DNA from: a bacterium
Lineage (GTDB): Bacteria; Patescibacteriota; Saccharimonadia; Saccharimonadales; UBA4665
Assembly: GCA_021848145.1 (NCBI GenBank)
Contig: JAJZMX010000005.1
Location: forward strand, 25,528-89,527
Direction: 5' to 3'
DNA length: 64,000 nt
The position numbers and the translations under genes were made by a program. The notes below the pieces were generated by a model. It was given only the letters and a program-made list of their open reading frames with translations, ran no database searches and was not told where the DNA came from. Of the stretch, positions 17,835 to 28,269 are shown piece by piece (positions within the stretch are counted from its first letter, which is position 1; every line of letters starts with the position of its first letter).

Positions 17835-18929
17835 CTATGAACCGCCCGTATAGCCTGCAGCGTAATGAATGACGAAATATGCCCAACCAATAGTGAATAA
17901 TGCCAGAACTAAGCTATAAGCAAGATTGGAACGTTTAGTTTTAGAATAGAGCATGAACTGTAAGGGGAAAGCCATCAGAACGTAACGGCTATATCCGGCG
18001 AAGTTTCCTCCAATGAATGGCAAGAGGGCGAATATAAGGCTATAAATCGCGAAACTTAGTTTCTTTTTCCACCAATAGATTACGCTAACAATTACAAGGA
18101 TAAGAAGTATTACATCAATCGCCGTTATTGAACTCGCTATTGTACTAAAGTAGTGTGAGCTTAACCAATGATTATGTTCTTGGGAGTTAACGAAAGCCAA
18201 AGGGTTTCCTCTTGAGTACCAAAGGTAGGACATATAACCAACAATGCCGATACACCCCAGTGCTACTGAAGCTGTAATTTTCGATATCTTTATCTTTTTT
18301 TCCCAGAGTACTAGAGCAATTAAAGGAAGTATAAATACTCCAGTCGGGTGAGTCGCGGTCGCAACAGCCGTAAATAGACCTGACCATAAGTACTTACCTT
18401 TAAGGGCAAAATAAAGAGCAGCTAGAGCGCCAAAAGCAAATAAGGCTTCAGTATATGTTGCAGCTAAAAATACCCCAGTAGGAAACATTATAAACAGGAG
18501 TACGCCCATAACCTTATTGTTAATATCCGAGTTAAATAGTGTTTTTAAGATTTTTAGGTAGAAATAGATAGCGCCAATCAAACATGCCCAGCTGACTATA
18601 AGCGCACTGATAATGGGAGAGTTTACAACAAACAGGACTAATCTTATTAGTAGTGGGTATAAAGGAAAGAATGCTGTTAATTTTTGGTTAGGAATATAAC
18701 CATGCTGAGCGATCTCCAAATAATGTGGGCCATCCCATTCGGACATAAAGTCCAAATGCGTCCCGGGCTCAGCAAGATATCTGGCGTTAATGTCAGTATT
18801 AGGAGGTATTACGAGGTTTGAGTATGATCCCAACGCAAGAGTTATTAATATAAAACCAATTCCAATTAGAGCTGCGAGAATTAATTCTTGCTTTATGTAT
18901 TTTTTAAAGGTAAGGGTTAATCGCTCCAT
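17835..18929 (-). CDS. GT-C fold membrane glycosyl/mannosyltransferase (PIG-V / DUF2029-like)
   Basis: About 10 TM helices and a loop motif EWDGPHYLEIAQHGY typical of PIG-V-like mannosyltransferases. Confidence 0.55.
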   Translation of the reverse strand: MERLTLTFKKYIKQELILAALIGIGFILITLALGSYSNLVIPPNTDINARYLAEPGTHLDFMSEWDGPHYLEIAQHGYIPNQKLTAFFPLYPLLIRLVLFVVNSPIISALIVSWACLIGAIYFYLKILKTLFNSDINNKVMGVLLFIMFPTGVFLAATYTEALFAFGALAALYFALKGKYLWSGLFTAVATATHPTGVFILPLIALVLWEKKIKISKITASVALGCIGIVGYMSYLWYSRGNPLAFVNSQEHNHWLSSHYFSTIASSITAIDVILLILVIVSVIYWWKKKLSFAIYSLIFALLPFIGGNFAGYSRYVLMAFPLQFMLYSKTKRSNLAYSLVLALFTIGWAYFVIHYAAGYTGGS

Positions 18930-19004
18930 TGCGGCTTGGCCTAATTATACTCGTTTCCAAGTAAACGCTAACCATAACTTACGCAGTGTATACTGGCCAT
19001 AAAG

Positions 19005-19733
19005 ATGTTTGGCAATAAAGTCATAGAAGAAATAGAAAATGAATTCGGAACATTTACAGTAGAGGAGCTTGTCTATGAGGGCCGTCGGGCGAGGGTGTTA
19101 TTCAGTTCGCCGCAGCATGCCGCCCAGGCTGGCATTCCTCTAGATAATGACCCAAGGCTGCTCTTTGACTATAATCAGCGTTTTTTTGAATTAGCTTCAG
19201 AACTTGAACCTAAGAATGTGCTAATACTGGGAGGTGGTACATTAACTTTAGCTATAGCTTTAGTGAACAACTTTCCAAAATTAAAAGTAACGACAGTAGA
19301 GGTAAATAAAGATCTAATTGATCTGGCTGCCAAATATTTTGATTACAAACCAAACCCAAGGCTAAGAGTGATAATTGGTGATGCTAAGACTTTTATGCTT
19401 CAAGCTAAGCCTACGTTTGATTTGATTATTGTGGACATATACGACAACTTCACTATTCCCAAGTACTTTAGGAGTAGAGTCTTTGCTGGACAGCTCAAAA
19501 AAGGCTTAATGGAAGGAGGAGTTGTAGCTACGAACTGTATATCTACTATAAGCAGAGACAAAGCGTCACCACTAAATCAGATAGTCAATGCATATAGAAA
19601 CGAAATTGGTAGAGTTAGAGTTTTTAAGCCTGATGATAGGTATATCGAATGGTTGCCACAAAACCTTTTAATAATAGGCGGTATTAGGATCGACAATGTA
19701 CTTAAATCACTGACAGAAGTCAATCTAGACTAA
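19005..19733 (+). CDS. Spermidine-synthase-like class I methyltransferase-fold protein
   Basis: VLILGGGTLT (motif I) and IIVDIYD motifs. Confidence 0.55.
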   Translation: MFGNKVIEEIENEFGTFTVEELVYEGRRARVLFSSPQHAAQAGIPLDNDPRLLFDYNQRFFELASELEPKNVLILGGGTLTLAIALVNNFPKLKVTTVEVNKDLIDLAAKYFDYKPNPRLRVIIGDAKTFMLQAKPTFDLIIVDIYDNFTIPKYFRSRVFAGQLKKGLMEGGVVATNCISTISRDKASPLNQIVNAYRNEIGRVRVFKPDDRYIEWLPQNLLIIGGIRIDNVLKSLTEVNLD

Positions 19734-19791
19734 AGAACAAACTCTGGTAAACCGCTTGCGATTAGATTATATTATTTGCTAGTTATACAAA

Positions 19792-21159
19792 ATGAAAAAG
19801 AGCTTAATAGAAAAGACGATAGAGGCCCCCGCAAAAGCACTGGAGCACGGCGTAGAGGGCGGGCAAAAGATAGCCGAAACTATTCCTTTCGGTTCGACTC
19901 AACCAATTAAGAAGGCCAAAGACTATTGGTATTTGTTGGGCCCAGGATTAACTACTGGCGCATCCGATGATGACCCTTCTGGCATTGCAACATATTCCCA
20001 GACCGGGGCTCAAACCGGTTTTAGTTTTCTTTGGACTGCTGTTGTTACTTTTCCGCTAATGGCTATAGTCCAAGAAATTTGTGCACGAATTGGACTAGTT
20101 ACAGGCAGGGGTCTAGCTTCAAACGTCCGTATGCATTTCGGCAGGAAAATTCTTTATGGGTCAACTCTTCTCTTATTTGTCGCTAATGCTTTTAATATTG
20201 GAGCAGATATCGGCGCCATGGCAAGTGCTATACGCTTACTTGCAAACATAAACACTTCCTTGCTCGTCGTGGTTATTAGCCTGTTAATAATGATGCTCCA
20301 AATTTTTACCCCATATGTTCGTTATGCTAAGTACTTAAAATGGCTTGCAATGGTACTCTTTGCATATATAGCATCCTCAATACTTGCCCATCCTCACTGG
20401 TCTACGGTTGCTCACAGCGTTTTTCTGCCTCATTTAATTTTTGATAAAAGCAACTTGATTTTATTATGTGCAGTCCTTGGAACCACTATTACTCCTTATC
20501 TATTCTTCTGGCAAACATCCCAGGAAATTGAGGAAGAAATTGCCCAAGGCAAGGTAACGATTGCCTCAAGAAAGGGTTCAGGGAAAGAGGAGCTAAAGAA
20601 AATGCGCATTGACGTTTGGTCAGGGATGTTCCTGTCCAATGTTGTCATGTTCTTTATTATCGCTGCCTGTGCGAGCGTTCTGTTTACTCACGGCATTACA
20701 GATATTAATACTGCTGCACAGGCTGCACAAGCATTAAGGCCTTTTGCTGGAGCCGCTAGCTATTATCTTTTTGCTGCAGGAATAATAGGCATGGGTCTTT
20801 TAGCTATACCAGTCTTAGCCGGTTCTAGTGCCTACGCTATTAGTGAAAGTTTAGGTAAACGACAGGGTCTTAACTCAAAACTTAAACAAGGACATGCATT
20901 CTACGGAGTAATCATTATTTCCATGATGGTTGGATTAGGCTTTAACTTTATTGGGCTTAACCCAATAAAAGCCTTAATTTACGCAGCAGTAGCTAACGGT
21001 ATTGTAGCTCCCGTAATCCTAGTCCTTATAATGTTAATTGCTCGTAACGAAAAGACAATGGGTGAATGGAAAAACGGAAAGCTTAGTGGACTCTTTGGCT
21101 GGATACTCGTAGGGTTAATGGTGTGTTCGGGATTGGCCGCAATTTATAGCCTTTTTTAA
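19792..21159 (+). CDS. NRAMP-family divalent cation transporter (variant ASDDDPSG motif)
   Basis: GPGLTTGASDDDPSGIATYSQTGAQ and 11 TM segments. Confidence 0.8.
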   Translation: MKKSLIEKTIEAPAKALEHGVEGGQKIAETIPFGSTQPIKKAKDYWYLLGPGLTTGASDDDPSGIATYSQTGAQTGFSFLWTAVVTFPLMAIVQEICARIGLVTGRGLASNVRMHFGRKILYGSTLLLFVANAFNIGADIGAMASAIRLLANINTSLLVVVISLLIMMLQIFTPYVRYAKYLKWLAMVLFAYIASSILAHPHWSTVAHSVFLPHLIFDKSNLILLCAVLGTTITPYLFFWQTSQEIEEEIAQGKVTIASRKGSGKEELKKMRIDVWSGMFLSNVVMFFIIAACASVLFTHGITDINTAAQAAQALRPFAGAASYYLFAAGIIGMGLLAIPVLAGSSAYAISESLGKRQGLNSKLKQGHAFYGVIIISMMVGLGFNFIGLNPIKALIYAAVANGIVAPVILVLIMLIARNEKTMGEWKNGKLSGLFGWILVGLMVCSGLAAIYSLF

Positions 21160-21179
21160 GCATGTAGGAGGGTGGAGTA

Positions 21180-23669
21180 ATGGAGAAAGCATTAACCTTA
21201 GATAATAGATATTCTGAGCTTAAAAGCAGTCCTCTTGGTCTAACTGGGCAAGAAGCTAAAGACAGGCTAAATCATTACGGCCCAAACACCCTAAGAAAAG
21301 AAAGTAATAATAGGATAGTCAAGCAACTCTTAAAGCAGTTTAAGAGTTCTTTGATCCTGTTACTGCTTGTAGCAAGCATCATTTCCCTTTTCTTAAGTGA
21401 TTATTCTGACGCTATTGTCATTGCAGTCATATTGCTAATAAACACTGGTTTAGGCTTTTTTCAAGAATATAAATCAGAGAAGGCCATAGATAATCTCCAG
21501 AAGCTAGTGAGTAAGCAAGTTCTGGTAATTAGGGACGGCGTACAACAATTGATTAATGAAAAATTACTAGTTCCTGGTGACGTAATAGTACTTAAAGAAG
21601 GGGATTCCATAGCAGCCGATGCACAGTTGATAAGGATAGAGGATTTCTCGGTTAACGAGTCCTCCTTAAGCGGAGAGTCGGTGGGCGTAGTGAAATCTCT
21701 TAAAAATGGGCAAAATCTAGTGTTTGCCGGTTGTAGCGTTGAACAGGGTGAGGCTACGGCTATCGTTTTTGCAACAGGTAATAATACAAGATTGGGCAGT
21801 ATAGCTAAATTATCTACAGACACTCACAGGATAACACAATACGAGAAGTCTCTAGCTCAATTTAGTTCCTTTCTAATTAAGGTTACTTTCATTACCTTAA
21901 TATTTGTTTTTATAACTAAGCTAGCTATAAACGGTAATTTTCATGCCTTAGGAGCTTTACTATTATTCATGATTGTCCTTTCGATTGCTGTAGTACCGGA
22001 AGCTATGCCCGTTATTGCAACCGTCACATTGTCTAAGGGAGCATTAAAACTTGCTAAAAAACACGTCATAGCTAAAACTCTTACTGCAGTCGAAGATCTC
22101 GGCAATATTAATGTTCTGTGTAGTGACAAAACTGGTACTCTTACTGAAAACCACCAGAGCGTAAAGCACTTAATAGCTGACGATAAGCAACTGTTCATGC
22201 ATCTAGCTATAGCTTCCTTGGAAACAAGTGACATTAAACACCATCTCAATATGAGCTCTTTTGACCAGGCTCTGGTGAATTTTATTCCGGTTAATATCCA
22301 GCAATCAGCTAAAAATGTCGAGCGCTTAGAAGAGTTGCCGTTTGATCCGCTGTCTCGCCGTCGTAGGGTTGTGTTTCGTGAGCGTCACAAAACCTATATA
22401 GTGGAAGTTGGTTCTGTAGAGACGCTGCTTGAATTATGTAGCCATCCTAACAAAAAAGATTATCTTGAAACAATAAAGGAGGATGGGGCTTCAGGACTTA
22501 GACACCTAGGTATAGCCTACAAAGAAATTAACTATGACAACACTAAGCAGTTTGATATTAAAGAACACGAAAAAGATTTAGATTTTGTAGGATTTGTAGC
22601 CCTAGAGGATAAACTTAGACCTTCCGCTAAAAGAACGATCGCTACAGCCCGTAAACTAGGTGTAGATATAAAGATATTGTCCGGTGATAGTCGGGAAGTT
22701 ACTGCTTATGTAGCTAAAGAAGTGGGATTAATAGATGAAGATGAGGTGGTATACATAGGGGATGAAATTGCAAAGATGAGCGATTTGTCACTTGCCAAAA
22801 CTTTGCAGACACATAGCGCATTCGCAAGGTTAACCCCGGAACAAAAACACCGCATAATTAATGTCTTAAAGTTGCAGGGCAATGTCGTTGGCTATCAGGG
22901 TGACGGAATTAACGACGCCCCATCGCTTAAATTAGCCGACGTAGCCATTGCCGTCGATCATGCAACTGACGTCGCACGTGACAGTTCGGACATCTTGCTT
23001 CTAAGTAGTGACCTAGGAGTAGTAATTAACGGAATAAAGTATGGTCGGGGCATATTTGCCAATATTAACAAATATATCCGTTACACGATGATTGGTAATT
23101 TTGGTAATTTCTTTGCTCTTTCGGCATTGTTTTTACTTAATGCTAGCCTACCTTTGCTTACACTACAGCTGTTGCTTACAAACTTACTGGGAGACCTTCC
23201 GCTCATCGCAATCTCAACAGACAATGTTGACCCTAAAAGCTTGTTAAGGCCTAGTCATTACAGTATGCATTCGTTAATTTCAATTTCGATAATACTCGGT
23301 AGCTTTACTGCTATTTTTGAAGTCTTGTTCTTTGCCCTACTTCACAACCGACCGTTAGGAGTTGAACAGACTAGCTTGTTCTTATATCTAACCTATATCG
23401 GTTTTATAGTCATTGTCGCTGTAAGAAACAGGGAGCACTTCTATAAAGCAGTGCGCATGTCAATGCCTCTAAAACTTGCCTTCTCGATCATAGCACTTAT
23501 AACTATTGCGGTTGTTTATTTCCCGCCAACACAAAAATTATTTTCTTTCAGTAGTCTATCGATATCTATTTTGATACAGATTGCTGTTTTGACACTAATA
23601 TACTTCTTCCTACTGGATATCATAAAGGTTTGGTTTTACCGTACACCACTAGCTAATCGTATTGAATAA
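21180..23669 (+). CDS. Cation-translocating P-type ATPase (P2/P3, MgtA- or Ca-type)
   Basis: SGES, CSDKTGTLTEN and GDGINDAPSLKLADVAIAV motifs, with 10 TM topology. Confidence 0.85.
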   Translation: MEKALTLDNRYSELKSSPLGLTGQEAKDRLNHYGPNTLRKESNNRIVKQLLKQFKSSLILLLLVASIISLFLSDYSDAIVIAVILLINTGLGFFQEYKSEKAIDNLQKLVSKQVLVIRDGVQQLINEKLLVPGDVIVLKEGDSIAADAQLIRIEDFSVNESSLSGESVGVVKSLKNGQNLVFAGCSVEQGEATAIVFATGNNTRLGSIAKLSTDTHRITQYEKSLAQFSSFLIKVTFITLIFVFITKLAINGNFHALGALLLFMIVLSIAVVPEAMPVIATVTLSKGALKLAKKHVIAKTLTAVEDLGNINVLCSDKTGTLTENHQSVKHLIADDKQLFMHLAIASLETSDIKHHLNMSSFDQALVNFIPVNIQQSAKNVERLEELPFDPLSRRRRVVFRERHKTYIVEVGSVETLLELCSHPNKKDYLETIKEDGASGLRHLGIAYKEINYDNTKQFDIKEHEKDLDFVGFVALEDKLRPSAKRTIATARKLGVDIKILSGDSREVTAYVAKEVGLIDEDEVVYIGDEIAKMSDLSLAKTLQTHSAFARLTPEQKHRIINVLKLQGNVVGYQGDGINDAPSLKLADVAIAVDHATDVARDSSDILLLSSDLGVVINGIKYGRGIFANINKYIRYTMIGNFGNFFALSALFLLNASLPLLTLQLLLTNLLGDLPLIAISTDNVDPKSLLRPSHYSMHSLISISIILGSFTAIFEVLFFALLHNRPLGVEQTSLFLYLTYIGFIVIVAVRNREHFYKAVRMSMPLKLAFSIIALITIAVVYFPPTQKLFSFSSLSISILIQIAVLTLIYFFLLDIIKVWFYRTPLANRIE

Positions 23670-23738
23670 ACTACAACTACGTAAGACCACTAACAGGGTT
23701 CATTAGATAAGCGCTTTCATTATACAATTAGAAGACTT

Positions 23739-25415
23739 ATGGAAAAAAAGAAGCCACAAAGAAACCAGTATTTTAGTGGCAATACCTCTATTGATGGAAT
23801 ATATCGGCCCGTTACTAATAAAAAGCTACAAATAAATACCCAACCCGTAAGACAAGAGCATACTATAAGTCATTTTTCGAGCACTAATAACCAAAGGAGA
23901 GATCTGGATACATCTGTTAGCCAAACTAATGAACATGAGGTTAGACCCTGGCGATCACCAAGAATACAGGAAAATACCTTAATTAGTTCAGCTTTACCTC
24001 CAAGTAATTCATTCTCCAGAAAATCTCAGCAACCAGTCAAACCTAAATCCAAATTTAAAAAAGCAATAAAGCCTACGGCTATTTCCTTGGGAGTCTTGGT
24101 ACTTGTTTTTGGTATCTGGTTTGGCTCAAATATTCTCGGAAGCATTAATAAGATATTTCATGGCAATGTCTTCTCGGATACAAAGGCCCTATTTAGCAAT
24201 ACTCCACTGAAAGAATCAAATGGACGGGTGAATATATTGTTAGCCGGCAATTCTGTTGGAGATCCCGGTCACCAGGGAGCGGCACTCGCAGATTCAATAA
24301 TGGTTATTAGTTATGACCCAGTGTCCAAAAAAGGCTTTATGTTGAGCATTCCGCGCGACCTGAGAGTGTACATACCCAGTATGGGATACCAGAAAATTAA
24401 CGCCGCTATGGATGCTACGAACTTTCATAAAGCCGGTTTTCCTTCCGGTGGCATGGGTCAATTGCAGGAAATTGTTGAAAATGACCTCGGAATACCTATT
24501 GATTACGAGGCATTAATTAACTATGCAGCTTTTAGGGATGCTGTTAATGCAGTAGGTGGAATCACGGTTAATATTAAAAGCCCCGATCCAAGAGGAATTT
24601 ACGATGCCTTTACTCATTTAAGGTTGCCTAACGGAGAGGATAAACTCAATGGACAACAAGCCTTGGACTTGGCTAGGGCAAGAGGAGATAACGTAGCTGG
24701 AGATGTCTCATATGGTCTTCCGAACAGTGATTTTGATAGGACCATGCACCAAAGGCAGATGCTGAAAGCCTTGTTTAAGAAGGCTATGACCCTAGGTGTA
24801 TTGTCTAATCCGATTAAAATAGCAAACCTATTCAGTAGTTTCAGTAACAATATACAAACCAACCTAAGTCTAGGGGATGTACTAAGTTTAAAGGGCTTAG
24901 CTAATGGTTTAAGTCTTTCGGGACTGCAGTCTACTACGTATAGTTTTGGTGGAAGTAATGCTCTTTTAACTGATTATGTATCCTCAAGCGGGCAGGATGA
25001 CCTTGTACCAGCAGCAGGTAAAAATGACTTTAGTCAACTTAAGCAATATTACCAAAAGCTTGCATCCAATAATCCTGTTAAACAAGAAGGTGCTACTGTG
25101 ACAATATTGAACGCCAGCAACGTCTCCGGACTAGCAGCAAGAGAAAAAAGTGTTTTATCTTCCCAGGGATTTGATGTTACATATATAGGCGATGCCATAG
25201 GAAATTATTCATCGTCTATGATCGTAGATAACAGCAATGGGTCTATGCCGGCAGCTAAAACGGAGCTAGAGAAGGATATCCGGGGTCAGGTAGTGCCACC
25301 TACAAACGGTTCTCAAGAGGCTTCAGAGGCCGTTAACTACTCTTCTAACTTTACGATCATTATGGGTCGAGATTGGGATTCGACAAAGCCAACAGGTATC
25401 CCGGTCCAGAATTAG
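23739..25415 (+). CDS. LytR-CpsA-Psr (LCP) family cell-wall polymer transferase with LytR_C domain
   Basis: TM anchor, RVNILLAGNSVGDPGHQGAALADSIMVISYDP...SIPRDL, and C-terminal TILNASNVSGLAA. Confidence 0.85.
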   Translation: MEKKKPQRNQYFSGNTSIDGIYRPVTNKKLQINTQPVRQEHTISHFSSTNNQRRDLDTSVSQTNEHEVRPWRSPRIQENTLISSALPPSNSFSRKSQQPVKPKSKFKKAIKPTAISLGVLVLVFGIWFGSNILGSINKIFHGNVFSDTKALFSNTPLKESNGRVNILLAGNSVGDPGHQGAALADSIMVISYDPVSKKGFMLSIPRDLRVYIPSMGYQKINAAMDATNFHKAGFPSGGMGQLQEIVENDLGIPIDYEALINYAAFRDAVNAVGGITVNIKSPDPRGIYDAFTHLRLPNGEDKLNGQQALDLARARGDNVAGDVSYGLPNSDFDRTMHQRQMLKALFKKAMTLGVLSNPIKIANLFSSFSNNIQTNLSLGDVLSLKGLANGLSLSGLQSTTYSFGGSNALLTDYVSSSGQDDLVPAAGKNDFSQLKQYYQKLASNNPVKQEGATVTILNASNVSGLAAREKSVLSSQGFDVTYIGDAIGNYSSSMIVDNSNGSMPAAKTELEKDIRGQVVPPTNGSQEASEAVNYSSNFTIIMGRDWDSTKPTGIPVQN

Positions 25416-25479
25416 CATAAGCACTATTGTTTTATCTAAGTTTTTGTTAGATAATGATCCTATAATTTAGGAGATAAAT

Positions 25480-25788
25480 ATGGACTGGCAATTGTACGTC
25501 TACAGCTTTTTAGCAGGAGTTTTAGGCGCTAACGGTGTACCTCATTTTATAATGGGAATAACTGGTAAAAAACATCAGACACCTTTTGGTAGACCTTCAT
25601 CAGCAATAATTAACGTGTTGTGGGGATGGGTTAACTTTGTGGTCGCAGGAGCGCTGCTATATTGGGGTAACGTGCACCAACATTTACTACGTGCATTTGC
25701 CCTAGTTGCTGTCGGTGCGTTACTTATTGCCTTGTTGTTGGCCTACACATGGAGTAAACATCCAGAATATAACGAAGACAAAAAGTAG
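25480..25788 (+). CDS. Small 3-TM membrane protein, unknown function
   Basis: ORF with a GGAG RBS and hydrophobic segments. Confidence 0.4.
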   Translation: MDWQLYVYSFLAGVLGANGVPHFIMGITGKKHQTPFGRPSSAIINVLWGWVNFVVAGALLYWGNVHQHLLRAFALVAVGALLIALLLAYTWSKHPEYNEDKK

Positions 25789-25911
25789 AATAGAACATTT
25801 TCGTTCAATCAAGTCTTTGGCATTTACTTGCCAAGGACTTTTTATTTTTGTATGCACAATCAAAATTAAGTATTTAGCTTAAGGCTATCTATATATTTAC
25901 TACTGTTAAAT

Positions 25912-25939
25912 TTGACACAATTTTTAGATTTGGTATCAT
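25912..25939 (+). promoter_or_regulatory. Candidate promoter (TTGACA-16 nt-TGgTATCAT) for the rpf-like gene, giving a leader of about 130 nt
   Basis: TTGACA at 25912-25917 and an extended -10 TGGTATCAT at 25931-25939. Confidence 0.4.
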
Positions 25940-26077
25940 CAGATCTTGTGTTTTTCGGTCGGCCACCGTTAAAGCACGGAGTCCATTTGTATTTCGCAAA
26001 AAGAAAAACCGGTGACCTTTAATGAGGGCCAACGATTAAGTAATTAATCGAAGTATGAGTGGGCATAGGGAGGTGCA

Positions 26078-26776
26078 ATGCGTTTATACGCAACGATTGC
26101 GGCGCTAACAAGCGTCGTGGCTATAGCCTCGGCAGGCTCATCAGCTTTTGCCGATGCAGTAAACACAAATGTCAGCAAAAACAATACTAACCAGGCACAA
26201 AGTTACACCGTACAGGCTGGTGATTATTTGTCTGCAATTGCAGCCAAATACAACACCACATATGTACGGCTTTTTGATGCCAACTCACAAATAAGCAATC
26301 CGGATTTAATTTATCCCGGACAAGTGCTTACAATTCCGGCAGCTAACGACCAGCTGCCAAACCGTCTTGCGCCATCTAGTGGCGCTACTGCAAGTACAGT
26401 TAGTAGTCCAGTAGACAACGACACTGATGCACAGCAACAGACGGCGTCACCAGCAACTCAGGCCACGCCAGTTATGGATTCTGAGACAGAACCACAGCAG
26501 AGTAGCAGTCCGAGCACAAATATAGCTCCTGCAGTAGCAAGTGGAAGCATATGGGACGAATTAGCGCAGTGTGAATCAAGTGGAAATTGGGCAGCTAATA
26601 CCGGCAACGGTTATTACGGTGGCTTGCAGTTCACTCTTTCTAGCTGGCAGTCTGTAGGCGGCACTGGTTATCCTAACCAGGCAAGCCGTGACGAGCAGAT
26701 AATGCGTGCACAGATGCTTCAGGCTAAACAAGGATGGGGTGCTTGGCCAGTTTGCTCCACCAAAATAGGCCTTTAA
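26078..26776 (+). CDS. rpf: Secreted LysM + resuscitation-promoting-factor (Rpf, transglycosylase-like) protein
   Basis: Signal peptide, LysM (YTVQAGDYLSAIAAKY...PGQVLTIP), Rpf domain (WDELAQCESSGNWAANTGNGYYGGLQF). Confidence 0.85.
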   Translation: MRLYATIAALTSVVAIASAGSSAFADAVNTNVSKNNTNQAQSYTVQAGDYLSAIAAKYNTTYVRLFDANSQISNPDLIYPGQVLTIPAANDQLPNRLAPSSGATASTVSSPVDNDTDAQQQTASPATQATPVMDSETEPQQSSSPSTNIAPAVASGSIWDELAQCESSGNWAANTGNGYYGGLQFTLSSWQSVGGTGYPNQASRDEQIMRAQMLQAKQGWGAWPVCSTKIGL

Positions 26777-26802
26777 ATAAGCCTCAATACAAGGGCGCAG
26801 AG

Positions 26803-26834
26803 TTATGGCTGCCCTATAGTTCGGGCAGCCATAA
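26803..26834 (+). terminator. 12-bp hairpin downstream of rpf
   Basis: TTATGGCTGCCC-tatagttc-GGGCAGCCATAA. The T tract is weak. Confidence 0.45.
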
Positions 26835-26858
26835 ACTTTATAGGTTATTATTAAGCTT

Positions 26859-27440
26859 ATGGAAGAACAAAAACAGTTAACTATAGCCGTGATCGCAGGT
26901 ACTACGAGAGAAAGGCGCGAGTCTATAAAGGCAGCCGGATTTATCGCGGACTATGGTAAAAAACTTAATAACACTAAAATAGTGTTTGTTGACCCGAAAG
27001 ATTTCTATTTTCCCGGAGACGGAAATGATCCCGAGGGCAAGGATAGCAGATATACAGACATAACCAAGAATGCAGATGCATTCTTTATAGTTACTCCTGA
27101 ATATAACCATAGCTTTCCTGGTACTTTAAAACGTATGTTGGATAGCGAGCTTGAAAACTATATTCACAAACCAGTTGCTCTAGCAGGCGCCAGCAATGGT
27201 GGGTGGGGAGGTGTGCGTGCTGTTGAATCATTGGTTACTGTAGTTAGGGAGATGGGTCTTGTGGTAACTAGCTATAGCGTCTACTTTCCGAGAATCCAGG
27301 AATTATTTTATGAAGACGGAAGTATTAAGGAAGAGTTTAGTGACCGATACAACAAGAATCTTTATGAAGCATATAAGGAATTACTTTGGTTTGCTTACAT
27401 ACTGAAAGATGGCAGGGAAAACTTTAGTCTTGATTTATAA
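26859..27440 (+). CDS. NAD(P)H-dependent FMN reductase family oxidoreductase
   Basis: IAVIAGTTR...FIVTPEYNHSFPGTLK motif. Confidence 0.75.
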   Translation: MEEQKQLTIAVIAGTTRERRESIKAAGFIADYGKKLNNTKIVFVDPKDFYFPGDGNDPEGKDSRYTDITKNADAFFIVTPEYNHSFPGTLKRMLDSELENYIHKPVALAGASNGGWGGVRAVESLVTVVREMGLVVTSYSVYFPRIQELFYEDGSIKEEFSDRYNKNLYEAYKELLWFAYILKDGRENFSLDL

Positions 27441-27454
27441 GAAAACACCACGAC

Positions 27455-27895
27455 CTAGGTGTTAACTAAAAATTTATCTGCCGCAGCCTTGGATAAAGGG
27501 CTCAATTTATCTGGTAGAGCGTCTTTTGGCCACCATAGATACTCCTCGATCTCATTTCTATCATGTTCTATGGCTAAATTGGATGCTTTTCCAAGATAAT
27601 AAGAGTCAGTAATATGTCGCCAATCCATTCTCCCGCTAACATCGCCTAGATACTGAAGTTCTAGGCTTAATCCAACTTCTTCCTTTAATTCTCTTTCAGC
27701 AGCCCTTTTGGGGTTTTCATTATTTTTTCTCCCTCCACCAGGGAAGAACCAATAAGAGCGGTGCCCGTACGTCTGACGGACTAATAATACATGACCATCT
27801 TTCTCGACTATTACACAAGATCCTAAAACCCGGCATCTTCTAACAAACCAATATACATATGCAAAATACCAGCCATACCTATAAAAATACTTCAT
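27455..27895 (-). CDS. NUDIX hydrolase
   Basis: Nudix box GGGRKNNENPKRAAERELKEEVGL. Confidence 0.8.
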   Translation of the reverse strand: MKYFYRYGWYFAYVYWFVRRCRVLGSCVIVEKDGHVLLVRQTYGHRSYWFFPGGGRKNNENPKRAAERELKEEVGLSLELQYLGDVSGRMDWRHITDSYYLGKASNLAIEHDRNEIEEYLWWPKDALPDKLSPLSKAAADKFLVNT

Positions 27896-27924
27896 TGATT
27901 TAATGGTAACCCATAAAAGTTGTT

Positions 27925-28269
27925 CTATTTAGTTTTTGGGTTACTTTTTTGATCTGGGATAGAGTGCTCAATAAGTTCGATGAAGAAAATTAACACCGCT
28001 CCGGCAATTGCATACATTACTAAAGCGAATAAGGCAGTAAAGTCTAGGACATACCCATTATGGATGACGGCATTTGGGAAAATGCCCCGGAATGGCTCTA
28101 ATAAGGTATTGCTGGTCTTATAAATCCAATGCACAAAAGATGCATTTGGGTTTGCCGAAAAAAGCCTGAATACAATTCTCAAAATCAATACCGCTTCAGC
28201 TAACCAGACAACAAAGCGTATTAAAACCGCTAGGAAGGAATTTTTCTTGTACAAATCCAAAGTTGGCAT
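27925..28269 (-). CDS. YggT-like small membrane protein
   Basis: 114 aa with 2-3 TM segments. The LRIVFRLF...LLEPFRGIFP pattern resembles YggT/Ycf19. Confidence 0.4.
   Translation of the reverse strand: MPTLDLYKKNSFLAVLIRFVVWLAEAVLILRIVFRLFSANPNASFVHWIYKTSNTLLEPFRGIFPNAVIHNGYVLDFTALFALVMYAIAGAVLIFFIELIEHSIPDQKSNPKTK

Noticed and set aside
25940-26077. ydaO (c-di-AMP) riboswitch call
   Set aside because: The context fits (rpf gene), but I could not see the conserved ydaO core sequences. I left it as an unclassified structured leader.
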